Of a stretch of DNA of 64,000 nt, positions 10,151 to 20,253 are shown piece by piece. The translations under genes and the position numbers were made by a program. This DNA comes from Candidatus Poribacteria bacterium. Its GTDB lineage: Bacteria; Poribacteria; WGA-4E; WGA-3G. The notes under the pieces are model-generated. The model had not been told where the DNA came from. It ran no database searches and saw only the letters and a program-made list of their open reading frames with translations. The DNA is taken from NCBI GenBank assembly GCA_963665235.2, contig CAXXLX010000002.1:320001-384000 (forward strand), read 5' to 3'. Every line of letters begins with the position of its first letter. Positions within the stretch are counted from its first letter, which is position 1.

Positions 10151-10274
10151 TGCTAGCTTTCCTTTACAGTCTGTGAATTTGATAAATAATTGACGCATTT
10201 TTTGTCCAAAGAGAACCCTTTCGGTATAATGGAACAAGAATCTCTAACAAAAGGAGTTCTCTCAATGGATATTA

Positions 10275-10712
10275 TACCATTTTTTAATTATTCTATCATT
10301 ACCGTTTGTTAGAAATGAAACGGAGAACGGAAGACCCAAACTGGAAGTTTATGCTACTACAAAGAGGCACAAACTGGAAGTTTATGCTACAAGAAAGAGA
10401 CATTTTCCAATTAGAAACGGAGAACGGAAGACCCAAACTGGAAGTTTATGCTACTACAAAGAGGCACAAACTGGAAGTTTATGCTACAAGAAAGAGACAT
10501 TTTCCAATTAGAAACGGAGAACGGAAGACCCAAACTGGAAGTTTATGCTACTACAAAGAGGCACAAACTGGAAGTTTATGCTACAAGAAAGAGACATTTT
10601 CCAATTAGAAACGGAGAACGGAAGACCCAAACTGGAAGTTATGCTACTACAAAGAGGCACAAACTGGAAGTTTATGCTACAAGAAAGAGACATTTTCCAA
10701 TTAGAAATGGTA
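10275..10712. mobile_element. MITE (TIR TACCATTT..TAATT / AATTAGAAATGGTA) containing four ~97-bp tandem units, each with two REP hairpins GTAGCATAAACTTCCAGTTTG
   Basis: 97-bp periodicity (10411, 10508, 10605); same ends as the element at 49710-51089. Confidence 0.8.
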
Positions 10713-10885
10713 TTATAACACGTTTCTGCAAAATAGACGAGTTTTTTTGGGGTGTGTAATACAAACGGGTGTACAAAAACTTTACGCACCCCAAGTTTAG
10801 TATTAAGTAGACACTTTTTCCGTTTCATGATAGACTTTATGTTACGCAGGGTTCTATAAACATATCGTTTCTAAGGAGATGCAAT

Positions 10886-11599
10886 TTGAAAGACAGATTA
10901 ATCGTCGCATTGGACACAGATGATGGTGAAGATATTGATTGGTTATCAGGAACACTTATAGACATAGTGCCGTGGGTTAAGCTCGGTTTTCAGGCGTTCA
11001 GTACTCTTGGAATTGAGGCTTTTCTGTGGTTGACCGGAAGGGGTCACAAGGTTTTTGTTGACCTAAAATTCCATGACATTCCGAACACAGTGGCACGCGA
11101 TGTCGGGATGATGACAGAACACGGTGCAAATATGATTAACATGCACGCCTCCGGCGGCCTTGAAATGATGCAAGCTGCACGGGCCAGTGCAGAGGATGCT
11201 GCGGACACAGCGCGAATTCGGAGGCCTATCCTGCTCGGTGTGACTATTCTAACCAGTATTGGCGAAACCGGCTTTCAACAGGATTTCGGCTCGGAGCGGC
11301 AACTGACAGAGCAGGTTGTCTATCTCGCGCAGTTGGCACAGGCAGCGGGGCTAGATGGCGTTGTCGCATCTCCGTTAGAAATTGAAGGAATTCGGCAGAC
11401 ATGCGGGGATAGGTTTTTGATTGTGACACCGGGCATCCGTCCGGAATGGGCAGAAAGCGATGATCAGCGGCGCATCGCTACGCCAGCAGAGGCAATTCAG
11501 CGGGGGGCGGATTATATTGTTGTCGGCAGACCCATTGTTGAGGCGGAAGACCCTCTGGAGGCTGCTGTAATGATACTCGAAGAGATGAGAGAGGCATAA
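10886..11599 (+). CDS. pyrF: Orotidine-5'-phosphate decarboxylase
   Basis: DLKFHDIPNT, VTPGIRP, VVGRPI. Confidence 0.97.
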   Translation: MKDRLIVALDTDDGEDIDWLSGTLIDIVPWVKLGFQAFSTLGIEAFLWLTGRGHKVFVDLKFHDIPNTVARDVGMMTEHGANMINMHASGGLEMMQAARASAEDAADTARIRRPILLGVTILTSIGETGFQQDFGSERQLTEQVVYLAQLAQAAGLDGVVASPLEIEGIRQTCGDRFLIVTPGIRPEWAESDDQRRIATPAEAIQRGADYIVVGRPIVEAEDPLEAAVMILEEMREA

Positions 11600-11603
11600 C
11601 TTT

Positions 11604-13040
11604 ATGAACATTATCTGTATCTGTTTAGACACTTTTCGCGCGGACATTATCGGTGAAGGTAAGAAGTTTAGCCACGTGCAAACGCCAAACCTAGATGCGT
11701 TTGCGGCCGAGAGCGTCCGTTTCACCCGCGCGTTTGGCGAAGGACAACCGACGCTTCAGGTGCGCCGGGGTTGCTTCACAGGCATGCGGAGCTTTCCATG
11801 GAAATATAATTTCGATCGCCGTGGACATTGGCATCACGCCCCCGGCTGGCATAAAATCCCGCCGGAACAGGATACGCTCGCAGAGGTCTTGTTGGAACGC
11901 GGTTATCTGACCGCACTCATAGCTGATACGTACCACATGTTCAAGCCGACTATGAACTTCTCGCGCGGGTTTGCACATTTCGATTTCATCCGTGGACAGG
12001 AATCTGATAATTGGCACAGCGGTGACCCTCGGTTGATTGAGGCACAACTCCGAAAACATGTCCGTGAACCGCTCAATTGGAGACGGCATGCAGGACTCGT
12101 GAACTATCTACTTTCGCAACGACATCGGCAATCGGAGGATGATTACAGTTGTGCTCGTGTGTTCCGTGCTGCTGCGGATTGGCTTCAAGACAATCACACT
12201 GTCGGGCCGTTCTTTTTGTGGGTAGACAGCTTTGACCCGCATGAACCCTGGGATCCGCCGAAATCTTATGCGGATATCTATTTTCCAGAGTATTCAGGGA
12301 AAGATTTCATCACACCGGGCAGCGCAAATGAAGGAGATGGACCGACTGAGGCTGAACGCAACCGTATTGAAGCACTCTACCTCGGTGAGGTGACGTTCGT
12401 TGACAAATGGGTGGGGGTGTTATTGGATAAACTTGAGGCGTTGAATATCCGGGAGGAGACGCTTGTTGTCGTGATGTCTGACCACGGGACGCAACTCCGA
12501 GACCACGGCGGTTTTGGGAAGGGGGCAAACAAGCTACACCCGTTCAACACGCAGCTAAATCTCATGATTCGACATCCGGATGGTCCGAATGACAAAGATA
12601 TTTCGGCGTTTGTGCAAAACCATGACCTTATGCCGACGCTGCTGAATCTGCTTGATATTCCGTGCAGTTGGACAGATGGTGAGAATATGTGGCCACTTGT
12701 TACACAGCAGAAAGCATTTCTACGTGAACGGATTATCACGGGCTGGGCAGGGTTTACTACAGGCAACGCTGTCGGACGCGTAAGTGTACGCGATAATCGT
12801 TGGAACTTCTGCACCTCGGTAGGCTATAAGGAGGAGCGGGGTGCTCAGCTCTTTGATGTCCTGAATGATGTTGAGGAGAAGCGGAACGTTGCAAGTGAGC
12901 ATCCGGAAATTGTCGCGGAACGTCAGCGTGATGTGGAGGCGTTGATTGGACAACCGCTGCCTGGGCATTTTATTGAGGTTTGTGACCCAGGGCATGCCCC
13001 GATGCGGCAATGGCTACAGAAAAAGTTGGCGGAGATGTAG
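11604..13040 (+). CDS. Sulfatase/alkaline-phosphatase superfamily hydrolase
   Basis: N-terminal DTFRAD, FDPHEPWDPP, SDHG motifs. Confidence 0.85.
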   Translation: MNIICICLDTFRADIIGEGKKFSHVQTPNLDAFAAESVRFTRAFGEGQPTLQVRRGCFTGMRSFPWKYNFDRRGHWHHAPGWHKIPPEQDTLAEVLLERGYLTALIADTYHMFKPTMNFSRGFAHFDFIRGQESDNWHSGDPRLIEAQLRKHVREPLNWRRHAGLVNYLLSQRHRQSEDDYSCARVFRAAADWLQDNHTVGPFFLWVDSFDPHEPWDPPKSYADIYFPEYSGKDFITPGSANEGDGPTEAERNRIEALYLGEVTFVDKWVGVLLDKLEALNIREETLVVVMSDHGTQLRDHGGFGKGANKLHPFNTQLNLMIRHPDGPNDKDISAFVQNHDLMPTLLNLLDIPCSWTDGENMWPLVTQQKAFLRERIITGWAGFTTGNAVGRVSVRDNRWNFCTSVGYKEERGAQLFDVLNDVEEKRNVASEHPEIVAERQRDVEALIGQPLPGHFIEVCDPGHAPMRQWLQKKLAEM

Positions 13041-13067
13041 TCGGAGCCACACACCGAATTTTTTAAG

Positions 13068-13096
13068 TTGATGCAGATTTAATTTTTAGATATAAT
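13068..13096 (+). promoter_or_regulatory. sigma70 promoter TTGATG-17-TATAAT
   Basis: Hexamers and spacing upstream of fpr. Confidence 0.55.
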
Positions 13097-13149
13097 AATC
13101 GGATAGGCAATTAAACCTCACTCTCTTTTATTTTTGTAAGGAAACTATT

Positions 13150-13920
13150 ATGCAAAAAAGACGCGCTAGAACGCGATATTGTAAAGGTGAATTAATTGAA
13201 CGCGAAGATTTTTCTGAAGATTTAGCCGCGTTCAAATTCCGGACCGATATGGAGCTGCCGTTTATTCCTGGGCAATATGCGACTATCGGTTTTGAAGTGG
13301 ATGAAAAAATCGTCCAACGGCCCTACTCCATTGTCTCCTCTCCGCATGAACCGTTCATGGAGGTTTTCGTGGAATTGGTGCCGGAAGGGGCAACAACCCC
13401 GCTATTTTGGGAACTCAAATTGGGGGACACGGTGTTCATTCGGGACCGGCTTGTTGGGAAATTTGTGATGGACACAGAAAGCGGTATGACAAGGCATATC
13501 ATGGCAGGCACAGTCACAGGGGCTGCGCCGTATATTAGCATCGCTCGAACACAAAAGATTGAGCAGGAACAGGGGAAACCGAGTCAGCATCAAATCCTCT
13601 CGATTGTAGGGGCGAGCCGCTCTTGGGAGCTGGGCTACTACATGGATGAACTCAACGAGCTCGCGGCGCAGGAGGAATGGTTCACGTTCGTTCCGACGGT
13701 AAGTCGGCCGTGGGAGGACACGGAGTGGCAAGGTGAAAGCGGTCGTGCTGAAGACGTAATCAGAAAATACGGCGATGAGCTCGGGTTTGACCATACGAAC
13801 GCTGTTGTTTATGCATGTGGGCATCCCCAGATGATCGAAAATGCGAAGGCTATTTGGGGTCGGGCACGGTTTCCGGAGGAGCGGATTAAAGAGGAAAAAT
13901 TCTTCGTGATTAAGGAGTAG
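13150..13920 (+). CDS. fpr: Ferredoxin/flavodoxin-NADP+ reductase
   Basis: RPYSIVS, GTVTGAAPY, YACGHPQMI. Confidence 0.85.
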   Translation: MQKRRARTRYCKGELIEREDFSEDLAAFKFRTDMELPFIPGQYATIGFEVDEKIVQRPYSIVSSPHEPFMEVFVELVPEGATTPLFWELKLGDTVFIRDRLVGKFVMDTESGMTRHIMAGTVTGAAPYISIARTQKIEQEQGKPSQHQILSIVGASRSWELGYYMDELNELAAQEEWFTFVPTVSRPWEDTEWQGESGRAEDVIRKYGDELGFDHTNAVVYACGHPQMIENAKAIWGRARFPEERIKEEKFFVIKE

Positions 13921-13938
13921 CCTTTTTAAGCGAAAGAC

Positions 13939-14712
13939 CTACAAATGCATGCTGAAAACCTTTGACATTTCGACCTGCAAAATATCTAAGAGCTCCCTTT
14001 TCAAGTCAATTAGGGCAGCATCGGTGACATTTCGGGGGCGCGGGAGCGGAACAGCGATTTCTGCCTTCAATGTTGCTGGTCTGGCTGTGAGTACATAGAT
14101 TTTATCAGCGAGGAGGAGGGCTTCCTCAATATCGTGGGTTATCAGGAGGATGGTCTGTCCGTCTTTGTGCCAGATATCGAGCAGGATGGATTGCATCACG
14201 GTGCGTGTCATTGCATCCAGTGCGCCAAAGGGTTCATCTAGCAGCAGAATTTCTTTTCGAAAAAGCAGTGTCCGTACGAGGGCAGCGCGTTGCCGCATTC
14301 CGCCTGAAAGTTGGCTGGGATAATTCGATTCAAACCCGTTCAACCCCAATTGCGCTAAGAGTTTCATCGCTTCTGTTTCCGCTTTATCCAGGGGCTCCTT
14401 CTGAATTTCTGGGCCGATGAGCACGTTCTTTAGGACGGTTCGCCACGGCAATAGGAGGTCTTTCTGTTGCATATAGGCGAACGCCCGCGTGTTATCTTGG
14501 AGACGCTTGCCGTTGAGATAAATTTCTCCGGTGTCCGGTGAGAGCAGTCCCGCGATGATATTAAATAACGTGCTTTTCCCGCACCCCGAGGGGCCGAGGA
14601 GGGTGACAAACTCGCCTTCATCAACGCAGATGTTTAGCTTGTCCAATACCTGTAGGTGTGTGTTGTCCTGTGCAAAGGTTCGTGTGAGATTTCTGATTTC
14701 AAGTTTCGGCAT
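13939..14712 (-). CDS. ABC transporter ATP-binding protein (NitT/TauT family)
   Basis: GPSGCGKST, LSGGMRQR, LLLDEPF; likely start MPKLEI. Confidence 0.92.
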   Translation of the reverse strand: MPKLEIRNLTRTFAQDNTHLQVLDKLNICVDEGEFVTLLGPSGCGKSTLFNIIAGLLSPDTGEIYLNGKRLQDNTRAFAYMQQKDLLLPWRTVLKNVLIGPEIQKEPLDKAETEAMKLLAQLGLNGFESNYPSQLSGGMRQRAALVRTLLFRKEILLLDEPFGALDAMTRTVMQSILLDIWHKDGQTILLITHDIEEALLLADKIYVLTARPATLKAEIAVPLPRPRNVTDAALIDLKRELLDILQVEMSKVFSMHL

Positions 14713-14716
14713 AGTA

Positions 14717-15598
14717 TTATTGACGTGCGCTGCGCTGGCGAAAAAATCGGATGAGTGGTGTGACATAAGGTTCATCCGTTCGGATGTCAATAGAATCGAT
14801 TTGGCTTGTTCGGAAAGCCTGCTGTCGTTCCGCGTCGGCGTTCTTGTTGAATTCAGCGTATAGCTGGCGTGCCTGTTCTGACCTTGTGTCAACAATTATC
14901 CGCTCCCCAGTTTCAGCATCCGCTAGTTCTATCAACCCGACGTTTGGTATTTCCGCTTCCCGCCGATCCTGTAGGATGATGGCGATTAGGGAATGCCGTT
15001 TGCTGCTCAATCGGAGCTGCTTTTCGTACCCTGTATCCTTAAAATCGGAGATAAGAAAGGCAACGCTGTGCCGTTTGAGAACCCGCTCGGCGAATGCTAA
15101 TGCGGATGTAATATCGGTGCCCGGTTGCCGAGGCTGAAAATGGAGGATGTCGCGAATGATACGCAAAACATGTCTTTTGCCCTTCCGTGGCGCAACATAG
15201 TGTTCAACCGTATCGGTGAAACATATAAGTCCGACCTTGTCGTTGTTTTTGATAGCAGAAAATGCCAGTAGGGCAGCAATTTCGGCGGCAATCTCCGCCT
15301 TTGTGTTCCGACTAGTTCCGAACGCTGTGGAGGCACTCATATCCACGATTAACATCATCACCAATTCGCGTTCTTCCACGTACTTTTTGATATAAGCCTG
15401 TCCCATGCGCGCTGTGACGTTCCAATCGATTGTCCGGATTTCATCGCCTACCTGATACTCTCGCACTTCATCGAACGTGATGCCTTGCCCTTTGAAGACG
15501 CTTTTGTATTCGCCAGCAAAGACGGTGTTGACTAACCGATTTGTGAATATTTCAATGTGCCGAATCTTTTTGAGGATTTCTTTTTCTTTATTAGCCAT
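14717..15598 (-). CDS. DUF58 / vWA-domain protein
   Basis: REYQVGDEIRTIDWNVTAR, DMSAS, ISDF. Confidence 0.9.
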   Translation of the reverse strand: MANKEKEILKKIRHIEIFTNRLVNTVFAGEYKSVFKGQGITFDEVREYQVGDEIRTIDWNVTARMGQAYIKKYVEERELVMMLIVDMSASTAFGTSRNTKAEIAAEIAALLAFSAIKNNDKVGLICFTDTVEHYVAPRKGKRHVLRIIRDILHFQPRQPGTDITSALAFAERVLKRHSVAFLISDFKDTGYEKQLRLSSKRHSLIAIILQDRREAEIPNVGLIELADAETGERIIVDTRSEQARQLYAEFNKNADAERQQAFRTSQIDSIDIRTDEPYVTPLIRFFRQRSARQ

Positions 15599-15599
15599 C

Positions 15600-16892
15600 T
15601 TATTTTTTTAAGATTAGAATCCAATCCATGTTGATACGTTCTTCTCTCGGCACCTTAATGAAGTGTTTGATAATCTCCGAACCGAAGTAGGTTTCAATTT
15701 CAAACCCGATTTTTTCGGCGATTGGCATGAGGTATCTCCAATTTTCGAACAGGTGCCCCCGAATGCGATTATTGCCTACGACGATGACGTACCTACCGCC
15801 TTCGCGTAAAACTTTGTATACTTCATTGAGGTTTTTTCGCATGTCATCTAGGTATTTGAAGGCAATGAATGCTCGCCTCGGCTCGACCTCAAAGATGTTC
15901 GCTATAACTGCGTCTGCCTCGGGGACACCTATTTCGTGCCTCTGTTTGTAATTCCGGGCGGAAACGCTTTCCGTGCCGATGTTCTGTTTTTTCAAGGCAG
16001 TTAATGAGTCCTGGGCGAAACCTAACCAGTACATCTCCAATTGGTGAGTTCTTGGATAGTCAACGGCATTGACATACGGCGGAGAGGTTACCGCGAGATG
16101 GAAATAGTTTTCTGCATACTCAATATTCCGCGCGTCCATGTGCTCTGGGAAATCTACGGTAATGTCGGGGGGAGAATTGAGAGAAAACGCGACTATTTTT
16201 GGCACCTTAGCGAGCATCACTTTTGCGAAACGGTTCAGCGCGTCGGAAGGTTTCACCAATTTGTGCAATTTCTTGCGAATCACTGTCCGGGTACAATTAT
16301 CGTCTGCATTGGAGACAGAGCGGATAATAGACGAAAAACAGACCTTGAAAAAGTCTTTCACCTCATCCATCGTATCAAGTTGCTGAATGTGCTTTTTTAA
16401 ATAGGCCAATTCCAGAAGAATTTCTTTGTTAAACCAGTTATCTCTATACGGGAAATTCGGTAGGTCGGACTCGTGAACGCAAGCAGGATGGTAATTAAGA
16501 ACAGCCTCTAAAAGCACTTTTTGTGCAGACCTGAGTTCCGTTTCTGGCAAAGGGGTTACCTTTACTTTGGAAATGAAGCGGGAAAATGGGTCGACATCAA
16601 TTCCGACAGAGTTTCGCTTTGAAAGGAGTGCCTCCACATTTGTAGTGCCACTGCCTGCAAATGGATCGAGGATTTGGTCGTGTTCCTGAGAATACCGTTT
16701 AATGAGCCAGCGCGGTAATTCTGGAAAAAATTTGGCAGGATATTTGTGCAAACCGTGCGTCAGCAAACTCTGGTCGTGGCTGATAAACAGAAATCTATCG
16801 CCATTTTTAGCGGGGAGGTTGACAGGAATATCGCCATCCACCCGAACAATACGCTCGCCAAAATCGTTTATAATTTGGGTAATGTTGTCCAC
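15600..16892 (-). CDS. DNA amino-methyltransferase (likely m4C), orphan
   Basis: HKYPAKF, DPFAGSGTT, TSPPY. Confidence 0.88.
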   Translation of the reverse strand: MDNITQIINDFGERIVRVDGDIPVNLPAKNGDRFLFISHDQSLLTHGLHKYPAKFFPELPRWLIKRYSQEHDQILDPFAGSGTTNVEALLSKRNSVGIDVDPFSRFISKVKVTPLPETELRSAQKVLLEAVLNYHPACVHESDLPNFPYRDNWFNKEILLELAYLKKHIQQLDTMDEVKDFFKVCFSSIIRSVSNADDNCTRTVIRKKLHKLVKPSDALNRFAKVMLAKVPKIVAFSLNSPPDITVDFPEHMDARNIEYAENYFHLAVTSPPYVNAVDYPRTHQLEMYWLGFAQDSLTALKKQNIGTESVSARNYKQRHEIGVPEADAVIANIFEVEPRRAFIAFKYLDDMRKNLNEVYKVLREGGRYVIVVGNNRIRGHLFENWRYLMPIAEKIGFEIETYFGSEIIKHFIKVPREERINMDWILILKK

Positions 16893-17368
16893 TGTTTTTG
16901 TGTCCCGTGAAGCATTTGTGAGGCAATTCGGATGCTTATACCTCGTTTATTGCATGTTTTAGACCCGTTTTCTATCAAACGTTACCAATTGTAGCACAAT
17001 TACCGAACAGGAGCAAATAAAATAAGAGTGTGTAAAGTTTTTGGACTATGATAGATGGAAGGGTGGAAGGGTGGAAGAATGGAGGAATGGATTTGGCGTG
17101 TGTTGTCTGAATCGCGGATTATCGCGGATTACACGGATTTCGCGGATTTTAAGATGTGTAACAATCGAAGTTTTTTGATTAAGGTTGTCCTATTTGCGAA
17201 GAGGCAGAAACCCCTGCTTCTATGAACATACTGCCCATATTGGACTAATACTGAATTAAGGTGTTTATCAATTTATACTTGTACAAAAACCTTGATAAAA
17301 TAGTATTGGAAAGATTATCGCGGATTTGATACAATGTATTAATTTCACAAGGAATTAAAAGGACAGCT

Positions 17369-18208
17369 ATGCAGAACGTTTTTTTGAATGGAACAGCGAT
17401 TGAAATTCATCGCGATATTCAGCGTGGAAATATTCGTCACGCCGTTTTCGATTTTGATGGCACTATCTCTCTCATCCGAGATGGATGGCAGAACGTTATG
17501 GTACCGATGATGGTTGAATGCCTGCAAACCGAAACGGATACCACCGAAACTCGTGAACAATTAGAGACGCTCGTCGTTGAATTTGTGGATAGACTGACAG
17601 GTAAGCAGACTATCTATCAGATGATTCAGTTAGGCGAAGAGGTTGAGAAACGTGGGGGTACCCCGAAACCGCCGCTGGCGTACAAAGATGAATACAACCG
17701 CCGTTTGCTTCCCGTCGTTGAGCAACGGATTGCTGACCTTGCGGCGGGGACGTTACCTGCGGAAACGCTTCGTGTCCCGATGTCCCTTGAGTTTCTCCAA
17801 AGCCTGCGTGCTTTGGGTGTTCGCTGCTATCTTGCTAGCGGCACCGATGTTGAGTTTGTCAAAAATGAGGCGAAACTGCTTGGGGTGGCGGAGCACTTCG
17901 ATGGCGGTATCTTCGGGGCATTACGGGACTATAAGCGGTTTTCTAAAGCGATGGTTATCCAGAAAATTCTCACCGATTTCAATCTCAGCGGCAGTGAACT
18001 GCTAATCATTGGGGATGGCTATGTGGAGATAGAGAACGCCAAAGCGGTAGGGGCAATTGCTGTCGGGGTTGCCTCTGTAGAGGATAACGTTTACAATATG
18101 AACGTGGATAAACGTGAACGTCTGATACGTGCCGGGGCGGATATCATCATCCCCGATTTTCAGGAGGGAGCAAAACTTCTCGCCTATCTATTTGACGCGG
18201 AAGGTTGA
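17369..18208 (+). CDS. HAD-family hydrolase
   Basis: FDFDGTIS, SGT, IGDG. Confidence 0.88.
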   Translation: MQNVFLNGTAIEIHRDIQRGNIRHAVFDFDGTISLIRDGWQNVMVPMMVECLQTETDTTETREQLETLVVEFVDRLTGKQTIYQMIQLGEEVEKRGGTPKPPLAYKDEYNRRLLPVVEQRIADLAAGTLPAETLRVPMSLEFLQSLRALGVRCYLASGTDVEFVKNEAKLLGVAEHFDGGIFGALRDYKRFSKAMVIQKILTDFNLSGSELLIIGDGYVEIENAKAVGAIAVGVASVEDNVYNMNVDKRERLIRAGADIIIPDFQEGAKLLAYLFDAEG

Positions 18209-18565
18209 ATTGACAAGGGCATTAGTCATAAACACGGTGCCAAATCACAGCTTAAGAACGGGCAATAAATGGTTTCCCTACTACCAGCCATTAGTTCTAT
18301 GCACGGTGCCAAATCATGCCTACGGTGGGTAGCAGGTTTCCAACTACTCGTTTGCGGGTGCAAGCGTATAAAATTTAACTGTGCCGAGTCGCCCTTTTCC
18401 CTGCACTGTTTTTTGCAGAATTCGCACAGCATCTGTATAGGCAGCTAACTGAATCTCAATCGGAAAATCGATGCGCCTCTTAATACTTTTGATTTTCTTC
18501 CAGCCAAACTCGCTATCCCGCACGTGATAGACCCCCAGCTAAAGCATGGGGGCTTCCGTCCTATG

Positions 18566-19777
18566 TTAGACGAAAGCATTTGTGGAATTCAGAAGCCGAC
18601 TGGTGGCTTCAACGGCAATGCCTACAATTTTGTTGAACAAAACAATAGGTCTTACAATACCTAACCCAAAGGAGGCTACCCCCTCCTTAAGAATATTGAT
18701 AGCAGCGTTGTGGTCTCTGTCAAGATGCGTATGGCAACTTGGACAGGTCCATTCTCTCTCTGCTAATGTGATTGTTTCGTTTTTATGTCCGCAAACAGAA
18801 CAAGATTTTGTTGTGGGGGTCCAGCGGTCAATCTTCAGAACGCTTTTAATACGCTTACTGGATTGATGTTTTAGTTTCTGCATGAACTCGCCAAAAGCAA
18901 GGTCAGAAATCTGTTTACCCCAGAGTGCTTTCATGCCATTAAGGTTTAGGGCTTCAAAGAACAGAATATCCGACTGTCTACAAAGTTCTATCGCTAACTT
19001 CCAATGGTGGTCTGACCTTTGATGCGCAGTTCTTTTATGGATACGTGCAACTTGCTGCCGACTTCGGGCTTGATTATTAGAACCTGGAACCTTGCGTGAA
19101 AACGCCCTTTGTGCCTTGGCTAAGTCTTTCGCGTTCTGTTGGTAGAACATAGGAGAACTATATCGTTTTGCGTCACTGCCAGTCAGGAAGTCTTTGATAC
19201 CCATATCAAACCCTTCAGCTTTACCTGTCTTGGGTTCGGGTATGACTTCGCTATAGTCTTCAGTGAGTGTGATATATATGTCTCCGAGGGCATCACGAGT
19301 GACATGAACTTCTTTGATGGCACCTTGTATCTCGCGATGCAAAGCAAAACGATACCAGTGTCCGTTTAGGCGAATTTTATAGGTAGGATGATTTCTTTCT
19401 TGCTTTTGTGGGGCAAGCAACTTTTCTATTTTCACCTGTTCACCGCGAAACGTCATGCCTTTGTGTTTTTGACATTTCTTGAATTGCGGGTGTCCGCGTT
19501 TGTGCGTCCGCATCTCTCTAAACGATTGAGCAAGGCGTTTCACTACATTTTGTAACGCCCAGGAATACGGAATATTCCAATGGGCATACTTCTTCAGTTG
19601 CTTCAGTTTTGTCAGGTGTGCTGACATCTGTGAATACGACAAACCTTTACCATATCGACGGTAATATCGCATAGACAAGGCGATGAAGTGATTTCGCACA
19701 ACACCACAGATATTAAGCTCGTTATGTAGACGCTTTAAGGTCTTATCGTGAAAGAGTTTGTGTTTTGTATTTCGCAC
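18566..19777 (-). CDS. tnpB: RNA-guided endonuclease TnpB
   Basis: RuvC GFDMG / FFEAL / DRDHNAAINI; zinc finger CSVC-CPSC. Confidence 0.93.
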   Translation of the reverse strand: MRNTKHKLFHDKTLKRLHNELNICGVVRNHFIALSMRYYRRYGKGLSYSQMSAHLTKLKQLKKYAHWNIPYSWALQNVVKRLAQSFREMRTHKRGHPQFKKCQKHKGMTFRGEQVKIEKLLAPQKQERNHPTYKIRLNGHWYRFALHREIQGAIKEVHVTRDALGDIYITLTEDYSEVIPEPKTGKAEGFDMGIKDFLTGSDAKRYSSPMFYQQNAKDLAKAQRAFSRKVPGSNNQARSRQQVARIHKRTAHQRSDHHWKLAIELCRQSDILFFEALNLNGMKALWGKQISDLAFGEFMQKLKHQSSKRIKSVLKIDRWTPTTKSCSVCGHKNETITLAEREWTCPSCHTHLDRDHNAAINILKEGVASFGLGIVRPIVLFNKIVGIAVEATSRLLNSTNAFV

Positions 19778-20190
19778 TATACACCTTTTTCATCTTCTAC
19801 ATACTGCTGTAAAACATCTAGGGTTACACCGCCTGTAGAGGCTACAAAATAGGAACGTGTCCACAAGTTCGGAAGTCTTGATTTTAAGTGTGGGAACTCC
19901 TCGCGTAACACTTTTGCCGTCATTCCTTTTATCCTGCCGATCAGGATACCAACAGCTTCGGTGGGAGGAATGCTAATCAACAAATGCACGGGGTCTGCAA
20001 GGGTTTCCACTGCACGGACAACGTAACCGTATTTATCTTGAGATTCTAATACAAGTTCTTTAAACCGAGTTTGGATTTCAGTAGACAAAACCGGGCGTCT
20101 GTATTTTGTACACCAAATGATATGATACTCACAGGCGTATGTAGAGGACCGTGTCTTTTGATATACTAACTCCGGCGTTTCTAATTTCAT
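19777..20190 (-). CDS. tnpA: Y1 HUH transposase TnpA (HUH motif altered)
   Basis: YHIIWCTKYRR, LWTRSYF; DPVH instead of DHVH. Confidence 0.92.
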   Translation of the reverse strand: MKLETPELVYQKTRSSTYACEYHIIWCTKYRRPVLSTEIQTRFKELVLESQDKYGYVVRAVETLADPVHLLISIPPTEAVGILIGRIKGMTAKVLREEFPHLKSRLPNLWTRSYFVASTGGVTLDVLQQYVEDEKGV

Positions 20191-20224
20191 TCTAAAAAAC
20201 CTTATTGTGTTAGATTATATATAT

Positions 20225-20253
20225 ATTATACCACATTGTTATTAGAATGTCAA
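20225..20253 (-). promoter_or_regulatory. IS-internal promoter TTGACA-17-TATAAT with extended TG
   Basis: Perfect consensus upstream of tnpA. Confidence 0.75.

Noticed and set aside
10306-10828. ORFs and CRISPR-like periodicity in the 97-bp repeats
   Set aside because: Intervening sequences are identical (no unique spacers); the ORFs are translations of repeat DNA
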